Assembly (NCBI RefSeq): GCF_026571515.1
Contig: NW_026852212.1
Coordinates: forward strand, 62,001 to 126,000
DNA length: 64,000 nt
Reading direction: 5' to 3'
Source: Ruditapes philippinarum
Taxonomy: Eukaryota
Made by a program: the position numbers and the translations under genes. The notes under the pieces are model-generated. The model was not told the origin of the DNA, made no database searches, and worked only from the letters and a program-made list of their open reading frames with translations. Below are positions 1 to 13,493 of the stretch, piece by piece. Each line of letters starts with the position of its first letter. The first letter of the stretch is position 1.

Positions 1-522
1 ATAACACGTGCTGTCCATCGAAAGAAGTGGGTACATGGTTCTGCTGTCCAATCCAGAATGTAAATATATTCTTTAACTTTTCCGGAAATATTTTCACATA
101 TTGCAATATTTGTTGCTATGAAATGAATTTCTGAAATGTCGAATATTGCTTATTGTACAAACAACATTGCCAATACGACTAGATAACTATACTGTAATTA
201 TTTTCACATAAATTTCAAATTTTAAAATATCAAGGGTTCCCGAATTGATAGCAATATCAAATTAATAACTTTCTTTGAAATCTAATCATTTATTGGTCTT
301 ATATTTAACGGTTAAAAGATTTGTAATAAAAATAAATATATGATGATTGTATTACCTTATATCAAAGGAAGTAGTATGAAACAAATGTATGAAAGAGTTG
401 AGGATCTTTTCATTACATTACAGGCTGTCTGCTGTCCTAACGGTTGCTGTCCTCCAACATACAAGTGTAACTCCAATGAAAAATGCATCAAATACTATAA
501 CGGGGTTTTATACTATGGATAA
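1..522 (+). CDS. GRN-like: 3' end (last two exons) of a granulin/progranulin-like cysteine-rich protein gene; 5' part lies outside the window
   Basis: Exon <1..59 reads NTCCPSKEVGTWFCCPIQN, with a GT donor at 60-61. A ttacattacAG acceptor ends at 423. Exon 424..522 reads AVCCPNGCCPPTYKCNSNEKCIKYYNGVLYYG*. Four CC pairs plus two single Cys, and a phase-0 intron just before AVCC, match the half-module exon structure of granulin genes. AATAAA at 759-764. Confidence 0.8.
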
Positions 523-2917
523 GAAGATAATTCATTTTGTGTTTTGCATTTGCATTTGTAAAGTTAGGTTGCTCACAGGTGTTCTTAAATATGCCTTTTC
601 CTCCAGTTTGATCTAGCAAACTGCTTTTATACAGGCACATGTTATTTCAGTTACAAATGCCGAAATACGAATTGTATGTTATTTTCATTGGTGTGTTTTG
701 TTGTATTATTAAGTTTTTATTGCTAATAATTTTCTGATAGAAGGGACACTTGTTTGCTAATAAATGACTCGCTCAAAGTCATAAGTCATACTCTATATGT
801 AGTTTCGTTGTACTTGTCACTGGCGTAAATCGAGATTTCGTTCAGTGCTTCTCTTTGGTATTGATATGTATTGATATTTATTACTTAAAATCTTTAGTTC
901 TTAACCTCAATTTATTTGATAACCTTTAAACGTAAACATTTCCTTTATAATTTAATTCAAGTTCTTCTTTTCTTCTTTGATGACTTTAATTTACTTATAC
1001 ATTATTTTATTAAATCAACTTCCTTGCTTAATCTTGCTTTGTTTTGGCTTTCAGTGTTGAGTAAAACTCTGACCTCAAGCAATATGATTTCCCATTCAGT
1101 TGCCTGTACTCATTGCCGTTTTCTTTTCGTTAATGTCAATTAAAATAGGCCTATTCTGTAGATACTTTGAAAACACTTGCATTTTTTCAACGAAAATGCC
1201 GGGTAATGTTGGCATCAGTTGTTCCAATTACGGAGAACAATTTGTCCATTCAGAACTTGACAGCCAGGTTCCAGGTAACTTCTGATACCCATCTTCTTGT
1301 AAGATACATCATCTTCTAACCTGCGGTTAAATAGAGATTGCAGAGCGTTCTTGATATTTGTTCTTGATGACATGACGTCATTTTTCTTAGAAAAATCACA
1401 CGATGTACTGTGAAATCAGAAAATTTCGCCATGGAATAACTTTCGCTAGCTTTCGCTATTTTGCGAATGAAAGATATTTGCGAAAATAAATTTTCGTTAC
1501 GTATATGCAACGTTAATTCATTTGACCCGAAATAGAAACTTTCGATTTTTTGACTTAGCCTACATATTTATTTTCCGAAATTTTTGCCACACAAATATAT
1601 TTAACTTTACGATTCTTGCTCTCGGAAATCGTGATGGAATTCGTGTCATTCTTTCACTTTGGCGATGGCATTACAACATCATATTTGACTTCCCTAAATG
1701 TGACTGAACCTGGTTCTGCTAATTCGAATATCAACTAGAAACCCACCTGATTACATCTGTCAATTAGAACACTATATAGAAATGAGTGTTTGCTCAATAA
1801 TAATGCCTATTTTCTACATAAAGTGTCCTCAAAAGCGTTTGTCAAATCATTCATTTAAAGTTCATGTGTTTCGAAATAGCTCATTAATAATCAATCAATT
1901 AACACAGTACGTGTTATCTGGACCGGCTATATTCTATAGAAACATATTTAAAGTTAAACGGAAGTTGACATAACGTCATTATTCCTAAAATGACAGGACA
2001 CTATTTCCTATAGCAAATGCAAATGTCTATATACATGTAGATGATTTTTATTTGATTGAATTAATGGAAATATATTCAACATGAAGACAAAACGTATCAT
2101 GCCTCGAATTTGACTTTCCTTTAATTCAATTATTTCTTGACCTTTTTAATAAGATCATCATCAATTTTAAATATTGCACCACAGATGAAAAATGAGAATT
2201 ATATTTAAATTCGGTCTTAATAATTCTAGTTATGCACGTGAGTATGCTCAATCTGTTCACGTGGAACTGTCTACTTGTCTACTCACGTGTTTTGCTACTT
2301 AATCTGTTGTTTTACGGACTGACACACATTCATGTACAGTAAAATTAAATTTACGATCAAAGTGTTTAAACATGAAACTTACATGTATGTCTCACGCTTA
2401 ATGTATACGAATTCGATCAATGAAAATCTACCGCAAACACATTACTGTGACTGTCTTTCACATGACTTTACATACCAAAATATTACATTTTTTGAAAAGC
2501 GAAATAGGTAGGCAAGAGAGACTAAGTAATGCGTTTTAAGAACAACTTTACTGTTTCACCACTTCTGTTATTTATTTATATTTACTAAATTGGCGATGCA
2601 TAGGAAAGAAATAATTGATATAATGAACTATATATAATACATGTATAAGCATTTATGGTCAACTGACTAAAAAGACAAATCTTAGCTCCATCAGGAAAGT
2701 TTTTTAAACCACTTTTATTTTCCTCAATAAAACACAAAAAAACCATATGATTTTTTATCTTTGTTTTATTGAAACATATTTTATTTTCATATATATACAT
2801 GCAAAGACAGTTTTAATAAATTGAATTAACACAATAACATATTTGGCAAAGGGTTGACTCACAAGTTCCCTCAACATAAGCAACGGGTCTTCCCTTTTAT
2901 TTTTTCAAGTTACATTG

Positions 2918-5124
2918 TTATTGCACATCTAAAGATAGTCTCGCGTTACGTCTCTTTAAAACGTTAAAAAATCCTAACACAAAAATAAACAAGGTACACA
3001 TGGCACAAAATAAAACAAGTTGCGAATAAATAAACCACATTTGAGAAACTTTATCCATTAGATGACCTATTAGTATTGGAAACACCATTGCACCAGACGA
3101 GAAAAAGATGAAAATAACGCTAACCATTTTGCCAGTCAGTTTTCTAACATTTTCTGATATCCATAGAAATATTGAGGCAAATATAACAGACATACCGTAT
3201 CCGACTATTGCTATTGACATCCACACTAATAAATTTATTTTATATATCACAGCTATCCAAAATAACGCAGCACCGGTTGTAATCATGAGGAAAAATGTCA
3301 TAATTACAGCGGATATATTGATGTATTTCACAATAATTATACCAGACAGACGTCCGACTGCAAAAGCGATCCAAAATATAGACGATGCACTGGATCCCCT
3401 TGACTTACTCCAATCTAGTTCTGTTATTATAAAGGTCATTAGAAAACCAATAAAACTTCGTTCCCCCATCACGTAAAAGGTCAAGGTTAACGCTAGAAGT
3501 ACAGTGAATATCGTTTTCATCTTCTTTGACAAAAAGTGCTCTCTTTGAGGAATCTTTTTGAGATCACCATAAGAATTTACTGGCAAGTTATAAACATTTC
3601 CGTAAATAAAATAAACGATAAGATATAATGAAGCAGCTATTAAACATATTAATGTAGCTAATGAATATGGAATATAAATGAAAGTTTCCCCATAAACAGA
3701 GGGGACAGATTGATCAGTTAAGTTTTCAGACGACATTAAGAGATTTAAAGTATCCACGGTCGAGTTCAATATTGAATAATCAAACTGCATTGACGTTGTC
3801 TCGTAGGTGAATACCGAAGCATTAACCTTCGATCCCGACGGATTTGATTTAAAACTTGGCGTTGAAGTCATTACACGTGAGACTGTTCCATTTAACATTT
3901 GTGTGCTACTTTGAAATGGAAAAGGATCGATTTTCTTTGCGAGGTAAGGTTCGGCAACAAATGGCGATACGATTGCACCTACACTGAATATACCATGGAC
4001 AGCTTGCATGTATGGTCCAGCTTGATACCTCCACACTAAAGTCATATCGGCAGTAACAGCTGCAAACAGTGAGATAGCTATAGTAAGATAAAGCTTGGTT
4101 ATTTCAATCGAATACTGGTTTTATCTCATCTAATTACATTTACAACCTAAAACTATTGAATGTTGTAAATAATCACATATAATACAAGAACTAATAATCA
4201 CACTTTATATTTTCCGGACAAAGATACAAATATGCTTAAAAAATCACACAATCATCACTCAATAGTATTAACACACGACGAAACTATGCGATTTGGCGAC
4301 CACCATATTTACAAGTTTGCACCTGATTAAAGAAATACTTAAAGTTTCTGAATGCCGCCGAGTATATCATGATAAATGCTGTAGAATGCCGAAAAGTTTA
4401 CAATTCAGAGCAGTTTAGTTTGAATAAGGCAGCTCAACGTTTATACGTCAATACTGTATGTTGCCTAAAGAAACTCCACTTAGGTCTAAAAGCAAAATTT
4501 TAATCACTTATACAGATCAGCTGGGGAACTTAAACAGATACGCAAAGAAAATTAATTAAGAAACATACTTAGAAATAAATAGAAAAATGCATTCTTGAGA
4601 CTTGTAGTCTTGAGATATTCCCACCCTGATGTGAGTAAAAAGCGTTGCAATGCTTTCGGGTCGTTTTTCACATAAGCATAAATATTCAACTATTTTAGAA
4701 AAACGGATCGAGCGCGAACGGTACTGAAATTTTGCAGACAATTTATTGGTCTAGATCTACAGAAAACGAAACATTAATCCCGAAATTTCCAGTACCCGTC
4801 ATGTCAAAACCTCAGTGATTTTCTTCAAACTATTTTTACACTTCCCCCTGCATTAATTTTTACCCTTTTAAAACACTAAAATGATTAAAATACTTTGCAT
4901 TGAAGATAAAAACGTTATCATATCTGCGTTTTACTTCTTTTTCGTAACGAAAGTGCACAGTTATGTTATATGTACTTGATATGAAAATTACACCAAGAGT
5001 AATACATAATAATTAATTAACCTTTTTGATAAAGTGGTTTTTAAATATTAGAAATGGCTAATTTTAAATGAAGAGATTCGCGATATGGAAATTACACATA
5101 GAGTCAGACATTATAATTAATATT

Positions 5125-5165
<41 letters not shown>

Positions 5166-8100
5166 TTACCACATTTCTATAGCGCCCTTCTCAAAAAAAT
5201 AAAAATGTTCAAAGGCGCTTTACAATGGAATTATATACATTTACAATGACTTTATAAACAAAAAAACAAAAAAAAAAAAAAAAAAAAAAAAGTAATAAAA
5301 ATAATAACACACATTTATGTATACATTTACAAAGTATAAAATATACCATGATTAATCTAAAAGTCTAAAACTCAGTCGATCAAATAAAAAAAATGTATAT
5401 GAAGAACAATCTAAGACTTGAAAATAAAATAAAGAGAAACGTTAAAACTATTAAAATTAATAAAAAAAACACAAATCAAGATAAGACAACTGAAATCTAA
5501 ATCCAATTTGATGAAAACAGTAATTAGTAATGGAAATGTGATTCAAAAATAGACTATTATATTTCAAATGTGTACCCAGATATCTCATAACAAAAGACAG
5601 CACGCCAATTCATAGTGATAACAAATACAGCACAGTTAGTTACTATAAATTTTCTGGAAAAAATGTGTTTTTAAAGATTTTTTAAAAACATATACTGTTT
5701 TTGAGTCTCTGATACTGTCTGGGAGAGCATTCCACAGTTTAGGTGCCACCGAAGAGAAACTGCGTTCACCATATCTTACAGTCCTACTTTTGGCAACAAC
5801 AAGTTGCTTTGAAGAGTTCTTTGATCTTAAGTTTCTTGTTGGTTGATATAGCGCCAGTAAATGTTTTGCATACATTGAATTTTAAATATAAGAATGGCTT
5901 ATTTTAAATGAAGTGATTCGGGATATGGAAATTACACCAAGAGTCAGACATAATAATTAATTAACGTTTTTTGCATACAGTGGATTTTAAATATTAAAAT
6001 GGCTAATTTTAAATGAAGAGATTCGCGATTTTGTAAATGTATTTCCCAATTATATAACAAAACCAGTAAAATTTAAGTTATTTTCGAGTTAAAATACTTG
6101 TGTAAAAAACGTTTTTACATACCTGTATCAAGGGCACTAGCAAAGCCACCATGCAAAATGTGAACTATGAACATCAGGGCGAAATGTGTACACCAGGGGG
6201 CGACACCAGCGACGATTCCCAGTCCGATGACAATACACATGAAGACAGCGATCCTGTTGAAACGGTCATAGGCAAATCCTCCACAAACAGATCCTAAAAG
6301 TCCCCTGTAAATAAACTGATGGTTCTTTCGTTTTCAGTGATATAAACATTGTTCAGCTCATACAACGACTATCAAGGTTTCACTGGTGGAATAAAAACCA
6401 CGAATACCACGCCGTACATTATTTCAGGCACCGGAAGAGCTACTTAATTAAGAAGATTACGTTAAATATGCATGTTGTTAACATATATTATTAAATAATC
6501 TTAATAATTTACATTAAACAAATTTATTTACATGGTCAGTAGTTAAGATATCTGCATCTATATGCGGGGATAAAGGGTCTTATATACAGTCAAACCTGTA
6601 CCAAAGGCCATCCAGAGGATACACAAAACATTGCCTTTACAAAAAAGTTTTTATTTGGAGGTAATTTTGTTCAAAACCGAGCCTGCAACTTTTCAAATTT
6701 CTATCGTTTTGTGTGTTCTTTGGGGATTCATTATTTCTCTCTATTTGTTCTACATTATCAATGAAGGTTTGTCAAAAAGAAAAGTCTTTATTCACAAGGT
6801 GATCTTTATTCGGAGATGGTCTTTAAACACAAGTTTGACTGTATTAAATGTCATACTGCCTTACATAACATGATGATTAGACTTTAGATGAATTGTTTAA
6901 CATTTTCTATATAAACTGCAATAAATATACATGAAGAATAAAAGGAATTGTATTGTCTTTTAAGTGTTCAAAGTAATTTACCCGAATGAAATTGCTGTAA
7001 ATATCCACGATGCTGTAGATAAATCTTCATTCGTAATCAGTCGTAAATCTGGAAATGTGGGCCCGACCAAACCATTTCTCCAGCCCTAGATTAACAACAT
7101 GAAAATTTCTACAATACAGATCTGTATTAAAAGAAATATTTAAAAGTTATATTTTTATAAGGGTCATATTAAATTGTTTCGTTATTATAAATCTTTCATT
7201 TTTAAATTTAATATACATGAATGCTGTTGGTGCAAATAACTGGTTAATCCAACACTTAAAAAGCTTTGTATAAAATTATATTGATAAGATTAATATACGA
7301 GGTATTACATCCTTTATTATCAAAAATAGACGAAAAAAATCGGCAAATACATGCCCCCCTCATTAATGTCCAGGTAAAATCGGCAAAATAACCTTTTTTT
7401 AATTGAGGTAAAATTCTCAAGGACTAAAAATCGAGAATTCCCTCATTAGTAACATAGACAAAAAATAAAATCGACAAAGTCCCTCATAAATCCCATGTTA
7501 TATCGGGAAATTTCGTTATTAATACAAGTTAAATGAACTAATTCCCTCATTTTCTCAAGTCAAATTGACAAATTCATATCATAAGCTACAGTAAAATCTA
7601 CAATGTCCCTCATTTAAGTAAAATTGACAAATTCCCTCATTAAATCGTGTTTCGTCACTTTCCGTAACTTATTAAGCCGAAAATCAAACTTAACGTTAGT
7701 ATGATGTGGAAAAGCAAAAACAACTAGACGCTTTCATAATATTCATAACAAACCAAAAAACTTTAATAAATAATCCCGACATTTAAAGAGACATTTTCGC
7801 ACGGAATAAATTACAAATTTAAAATGTTATATCATGTATGAGATGTTGGTTGTGCATATGCAAAGTAAACAAGTAAATGCTAAATCTGTTTTACAGAAGA
7901 GGGGTTCATATACGTTTCCGTAAGGATGTAATTTCTATTTATAATGAATAAAGTCACAACCAAAGCTACTTCATTTGGTATTTATCAAACTTAAACGACA
8001 TAATCGCATGCTAAAAAAATATATGAGTAATACATTTTGAAGTGTATGAAACAAAAATAGTTTATGTTGTATCTTATAATATTACTTCATTATTTGTAAT

Positions 8101-8985
8101 TTTTACAAATTTTTAAGTACACTCATAAACATATATTAACGATTTTTTTCATACAAAATAAAGGTGATTAAATTAATGTTATGTTTAGGCAATGAGAATA
8201 TGATACTATCTTACCATCAGTTTAATGTGAAAACATTTATTCCAGCCCGGTGCAAAATACTTACTATTATATTACAATATGTTTATCTCGGCTATACAGC
8301 TAGCGTATATATATTGAATGTACTGAAGAAAACTTATTTTTAACCTTTCATTATATCATTATATACTATACTATAGAAATTAAAAATGATCATAACCTAA
8401 TTTTTTAATAAATTTATTTCTTAAGATATGTTTGTATAACAAGATCGATCAATGTATTAAACACTGACTTTAAGTAGCAAATTCTTTAATCTAAATTAAC
8501 AATTACATTGTATATTGACTAAGTTCAACATAATGTTTAATATCTCTCCGTATTAATAAACTAAATAAAACATATGGTGGGTATATATATGTGAAGGATA
8601 TTTTAATTAAAGATGCTATGTCACTTTAAGCAAGTTATTTAATTTGCATATTTTAGATATTACGATAACATGAAAAAACGTTAAGTCACATTATCCCAGC
8701 TTGAGTTGTTTATTTCCATTATATATAACACTGACTTTTCATTATTTTGAACATACTCCATCTTGTTATTTATCAAGAAAACAACATAAACCATACACTT
8801 ACCAAGGAAAACATACTAAAACACAAACATGCAGTGTGCATAAATCGATGTCTGTAATTGACCTTCTCTGTATTTTTATCTATTTCTCCTTTATTTCGCA
8901 TGTTTATCCCATTATCAACCTCCACTATAAACTTTTCACATTCATTTTTCTCCATTTTAACACTGATTTCACATACGTCCACCAT
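2918..8985 (-). CDS. MFSD4B-like: MFS transporter copy 1 (divergent), MFSD4 / sodium-dependent glucose transporter 1-like, about 536 aa, 4 exons
   Basis: Exons 8985-8803, 7085-6982, 6304-6123 and 4059-2918 all have GT-AG boundaries and total 1611 nt in an open frame. Motifs GWRNGLVGPTFPDL, GGFAYDRFN, ALDTA, PYMQAVH..FSVGAIVSP and FW..FAVGRL; about 12 hydrophobic segments, with a long S/T/N-rich loop after TM5. Confidence 0.9.
4977..6030. repeat. ~105-bp degenerate tandem repeat (about 3.5 units) in copy 1 intron 3, interrupted by a LINE fragment
   Basis: The unit aatggctaattttaaatgaagagattcgcgatatggaaattacac..agagtcagaca recurs at ~5053, ~5893 and ~5998; the anchor gat(atg) lies at 4978, 5082, 5922 and 6027. 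Confidence 0.8.
5126..5862 (-). mobile_element. 5'-truncated L2-clade LINE (ORF2 C-terminus, 3'UTR and (TAT)n tail)
   Basis: ORF 5636..5875 contains RNLRS..LVVAKSRTVRYGERSFSSVAPKLWNALP..FKKSLKTHFF, typical of the L2/CR1-group ORF2 end. The 3' end tgtaaagcgcctttga...gaagggcgctatagaaat is followed by an ATT microsatellite at 5126-5165. Confidence 0.85.
6356..6445 (-). mobile_element. Degenerate fragment of the SINE family seen at 20367-20636
   Basis: actggtggaa....ccgtacattatttcaggcac resembles acttgtggagg....ccgtgcattatttcagacac at 20433-20480. Confidence 0.5.
6587..6841. mobile_element. Tc1/mariner-pogo-type MITE
   Basis: Terminal inverted repeats CAGTCAAACCTGT... and ...ACAAGTTTGACTG, flanked on both sides by TA. 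Confidence 0.8.
7320..7650. repeat. Degenerate minisatellite (aaatcg.caaa..ccctcattaa motif) in copy 1 intron 1
   Basis: ccctcat(t) preceded by aaat(c/t)gacaaa-like words recurs six or more times at irregular spacing. Confidence 0.6.
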
Positions 8986-10784
8986 TTTAAAGTTACATAA
9001 ATACTATGTTATATTGTAAATAGTAAAGCACCGTGTCGCTCTGGCTCATAAACATGTATTCAATAATTTCCACAGCGGAGCATGGGGTATTTAACACGGT
9101 GTGTTGATTTCGAGCCAATAATTTACGTTTGGTATTACACAGATGTTAACAATATAATGAGAAATGCGTGTGATAATTGTTAACAAAAAAGTTATTTTTT
9201 ACAATAATTTCATCTGTTTTATTTTTTTTCACAATCCTTGTATTTATGACATGCGACTGCTTGAAACCGTTCATACCTGCATCCGCGAAAACCGCCTAAT
9301 GAATCCGCATATTACTTAGTTCTTTATTTCAACATTTCTTCCTTTACACTTTTTTTTGTCTCAAATTATTTTATTTTTCTTTAACTGTATCGAACTAAAT
9401 TAATTGTTATCCTTATTTTTTTCTTTGTTTGTTTATATTATGTCATAGATAACAAATAAGTCATGATAAGAACTAATTTTAATTTAAAGTTAATTAGTTT
9501 GTAAAAAATAAATTTATCAAATATGCATTTTTTCGTAATTGAAGCACGTTACATATATACACTTGTATGATCCGTTATGCAAAATAATTTGTCAACACCT
9601 GAACAACGAATAAGCAAATACACAATACAGACTTCGTATAAATTTCATTTCATTTAATCAACTAAATTATTTAGAAACTTTTGAGAGAATATTTTTTTTA
9701 CAATATCTTAATAATCTTTGTGTATATTTGAACCCACCAAAACACATTTCGGTTCAAAGACTTTACGATATACTACAAAAATCATTCATCAACATGGAAA
9801 CTGGTACACATGTACTTATTTAAGGTCCTGAAGGAGGTATACATAGCATAGTCTTTTTATCCCACAAGAGTAGATTAAGTTAACACTTTAATTTTTAAGA
9901 AGAAAATAAATGTAACATCAGCATCAATTATTTATGTTGACATGTTTTACGTTTTATCTATTTTTGTTGATATTTTATAAATTTATCAGTAAATATATGT
10001 GATATTTCTTTTTGACGTTAATTATGTTAACTAAGTTATTGGTCTCTGCAAACTTATGCCAAATGAGCACTTCTTCAATTGTTTTCCTCTTCTTTCTCTT
10101 CTAGGTGACAAAGAGTCCAGTACCAAAATGTTCCTCTCTTCATCGCTATCATTTCTCCAGATTTACCTGAAGGCAAACTCCTTGGTCCTCTTTTTTGTTT
10201 TGTTTACATCAACGATATTGTTTACATCAACGATATTGTAAGCGAAGTACCTTCTAATATTTAACTTGCAGGTGACACAAGTTCTTACATCACCATCATT
10301 CCATTGCAACCATTCTTAATTTAGGCCAAGATTGAATACAAACGAGTTTAGCTGTAAAAAGGAATGATGTGACTTTTGGACCTCATTTCAGTTTTTTTGA
10401 TGCAAAAGCCCGCCCCCGCCCCGTGAAACAGGAAATGTTTGTCGAATATCACCCACATTCAGCAGAATGGACGCAAATCTGTGAACTCCCATGTAAAAAT
10501 AACTGAACCCGGGTATGGCGGGTGGTGGGTGCTCATATACTCATTACTTTTTTTAACTAGAAGTGCGACTGTATCATGTTTTACTTAAAAAAAAACTAGG
10601 TACATATTTCTAGGATGGTTGATGTTTGAACTACCTGCTAGTATTACTTATTCATGAATGCATACTGTACAGAAGGACATAATTTTGTAATACAAACCTA
10701 TATAAGCAAGTAAAACTTTAAACAACATAAGACGAACCTTTTGTTTATGTAATTTATTTCGAAAACGATTTTCACTTTGTCATT

Positions 10785-13493
10785 TTAAACCCCACCTTCA
10801 ACTTTTAACATAACATTAGCTTTTTCTGATCTTTTATGAACTCTCTTCATTAAATTAAAAGAAACCAAAGCAAAAATAAAATTTGCAAACATAGCAAAAC
10901 TCAGGCATATATTTGAATAAATGAACCACATTTGGGAAACTTTGTCCATCAGATATCCAATTAAAATAGGCACACCCATGTTCCCAACGCTCATAAAGAT
11001 AAAGAAAATACTCGCCATTTTACCCGTCAAAGTGCGGACATTTTTAGACAACCATGAAAATACTAAGCTAAATAGAACAAACATTCCGAAACCAATAACT
11101 CCAATGGACACCCACTCCAAAATGACTTGATCAAATATCACAGCTAGGAGAAATAACACCGAACCTGAAGTATATATAACACTAAATATGAAAATCATTG
11201 AGGACATACTAATGAACTTTATAACAACAATTCCAACTAATCGGCCAACTGAAAAAGTAATCCAAAATACAGAAGACGCTACAGACCCCATTGCTTTACT
11301 CCATTTTCGCTCCGATACTAAAAATGTCATGAGAAATCCTATGAAACTATGTTCACTTACGACATAGAGCAACATAGCCGATGCTAATAGCATGGTAAAT
11401 ATATATTTCACCTTTTTACTCAAGAAGTATCGGTTTCGATTTGAACTTATTTCACAATCAGGAACATTATTAAGAGTGTTATATACACTGCCGTAAACGC
11501 AGTAAATCACAACATAAAAACCGGCAGACAGTAAACAAAGGAGTGACGTCGCACCGTATGGAATATAAATTAACGTTTCTCCGTATACAGTAACAGAAGT
11601 GTTGCCATTTATTTGTTCACTTTGACTTTCAGTAACAGCTTTTAAATTTCCTGTCGTTTTCAAATACGGTGGTGCCAACGTGGAAGTATTTGAAACAAGC
11701 GGTTCAAAATTAGCGGGAAAACTAATTGAATCGGCTAAAAAAGGCTCTGCAACCAAAGGGGATACAATCGCTCCAGCACTGAACGCAAATTGCACAGCTT
11801 GCATATAAGGTCCGGCTTTCTGTTTCCACACAAGGGCCATGTCAGCTGTTGCCGCTGAAAATGGGAAACACAAAATGTACATTTCAAACATTACCCATCT
11901 TTCCATATTACATTTCTACTCTTAAAATATTATGAACAATTAATGTGATTTTCATCTATCTATATCAGTTACTTATTCAACATGAGAGCATGTGAATGTT
12001 TGTTCTATAACTTGCGCGAATTCTTTTTAAATATTCATTTAACGTTTAGATAAAAATTAAATAAAACCTGTTTCAAGAGCAGCTGCGCAAATTCCATGAA
12101 ACCCATGAACGACCAACATTGCCGCCAGGTGGTAGCACCAAGGTGTGAGGGCAGCCGAAACACCCATAACTATAATAGTGACGACGAACACTACTATTTT
12201 ATTGAAACGATCATAAGCAAAACCACCACAGATAGCACCAAGTAATCCACTGAAAACAAATATAATCTCATAATAAGACAATATTTGATCATTTCGTAAT
12301 AGAGAAAATTATAAACTCATTTTCAGCATGAAAAAATACAAATTCAAAAAACAGAAATTGTCGTTGTTTAACCAAACATGAAAAAAGTGCGAAACATTGT
12401 TTTCTTACATCAAAGTAAGGTCATTAACCCAGCAAAACCATAATGCGGTTAAATAAACTATATGAAAACTTATTTGTAGATTGCTGCATAGTGGTTAGTT
12501 TGTAACAGACTTTACCCACTTATAATGACTTACAATAGAACTCACTGGGCGACTTTACGAATGTGCGAATCTTTCGTATTTAAACATCAGTAAGCAAACC
12601 GCCAGAACACCGTACCTATTAAACTAATGTATTACTCATAATAATAGAACAAATTTGTCATTGTTAAGTAATTTCAACGGATAGAAAAACTGTAGCCCTA
12701 AAGAAATATGATAGAAAGTAATAAACAAAGTGTATTAAAAAAAATCGAAAGTAATTTACTTGTAAGGCGTTGCATGAAAATAAAAGTGTTTGTTTTAAAT
12801 TTTTCACTATTTCTTACTCATATATACTATTGAATGAATGTTCGTGATCGTCTACCAAATAACACCAAACAACCTAATACAAAACATCAAGTTAATATAA
12901 AAAAAACATCTCTACTATAATGAAACACATCAAACTTACCCTAGTGACTTAGCTGTAAATATCCAAGATGTCGTGGCAAGATTCTCGTCTAAAATGATTC
13001 TAAGATCAGGCAAAGTTGGACCAATCAAAGCGTTTCTCCATCCCTGCAGCATAACAGAAGGTTAAATTATGTTATTCCTCTGTTAGAGCTTTATTTTGTC
13101 CGACCTATTCATATTAATTTTTCTTTTATGTAGCTGATTAACTTTAATAGTGATCATGCTTAAAATAAGCCCACAAAAGACATGATTAAACTGATAATGT
13201 CTCTAGCTAAGTTTTTAGTTTAAGATTAAATTTGATAACAAGTCAATAACAACTTAGATCTATAAAATGTCATTTAAATGTGTGAAAAGTGCAAGAAATA
13301 ACAAAAACATTACCAGTGTAAAGATGCTGATACAGATACAAATTGTATGTAACATTTGATGCTTAAATGTCAAGTTCTCTTCATTTTTGTTTTGTACTTT
13401 CCCATTTCTCCCGTACTCTATAACTGTTTTGGTTGTCTCATTTGAGTTAAATTCTTGCTTGCTTGCCGAATCATTTTGATCATGCATCGTCAT
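10785..13493 (-). CDS. MFSD4B-like: MFS transporter copy 2 (A-type), MFSD4/NaGLT1-like, about 511 aa, intact
   Basis: Exons 13493-13314 (first in-frame ATG, MTMHDQ), 13043-12940, 12249-12068 and 11854-10785; GT-AG, 1536 nt, open frame. Confidence 0.9.

Noticed and set aside
340-423. N-terminal part of ORF 340..522 as a standalone 60-aa protein
   Set aside because: It is intron sequence; the real exon begins after the AG at 422-423 and splices to the Cys-rich exon at 1-59.
10785-11906. Treating the 367-375-aa ORFs as complete intronless genes
   Set aside because: They encode only TM5-12; three upstream exons with conserved lengths and GT-AG sites supply TM1-4.
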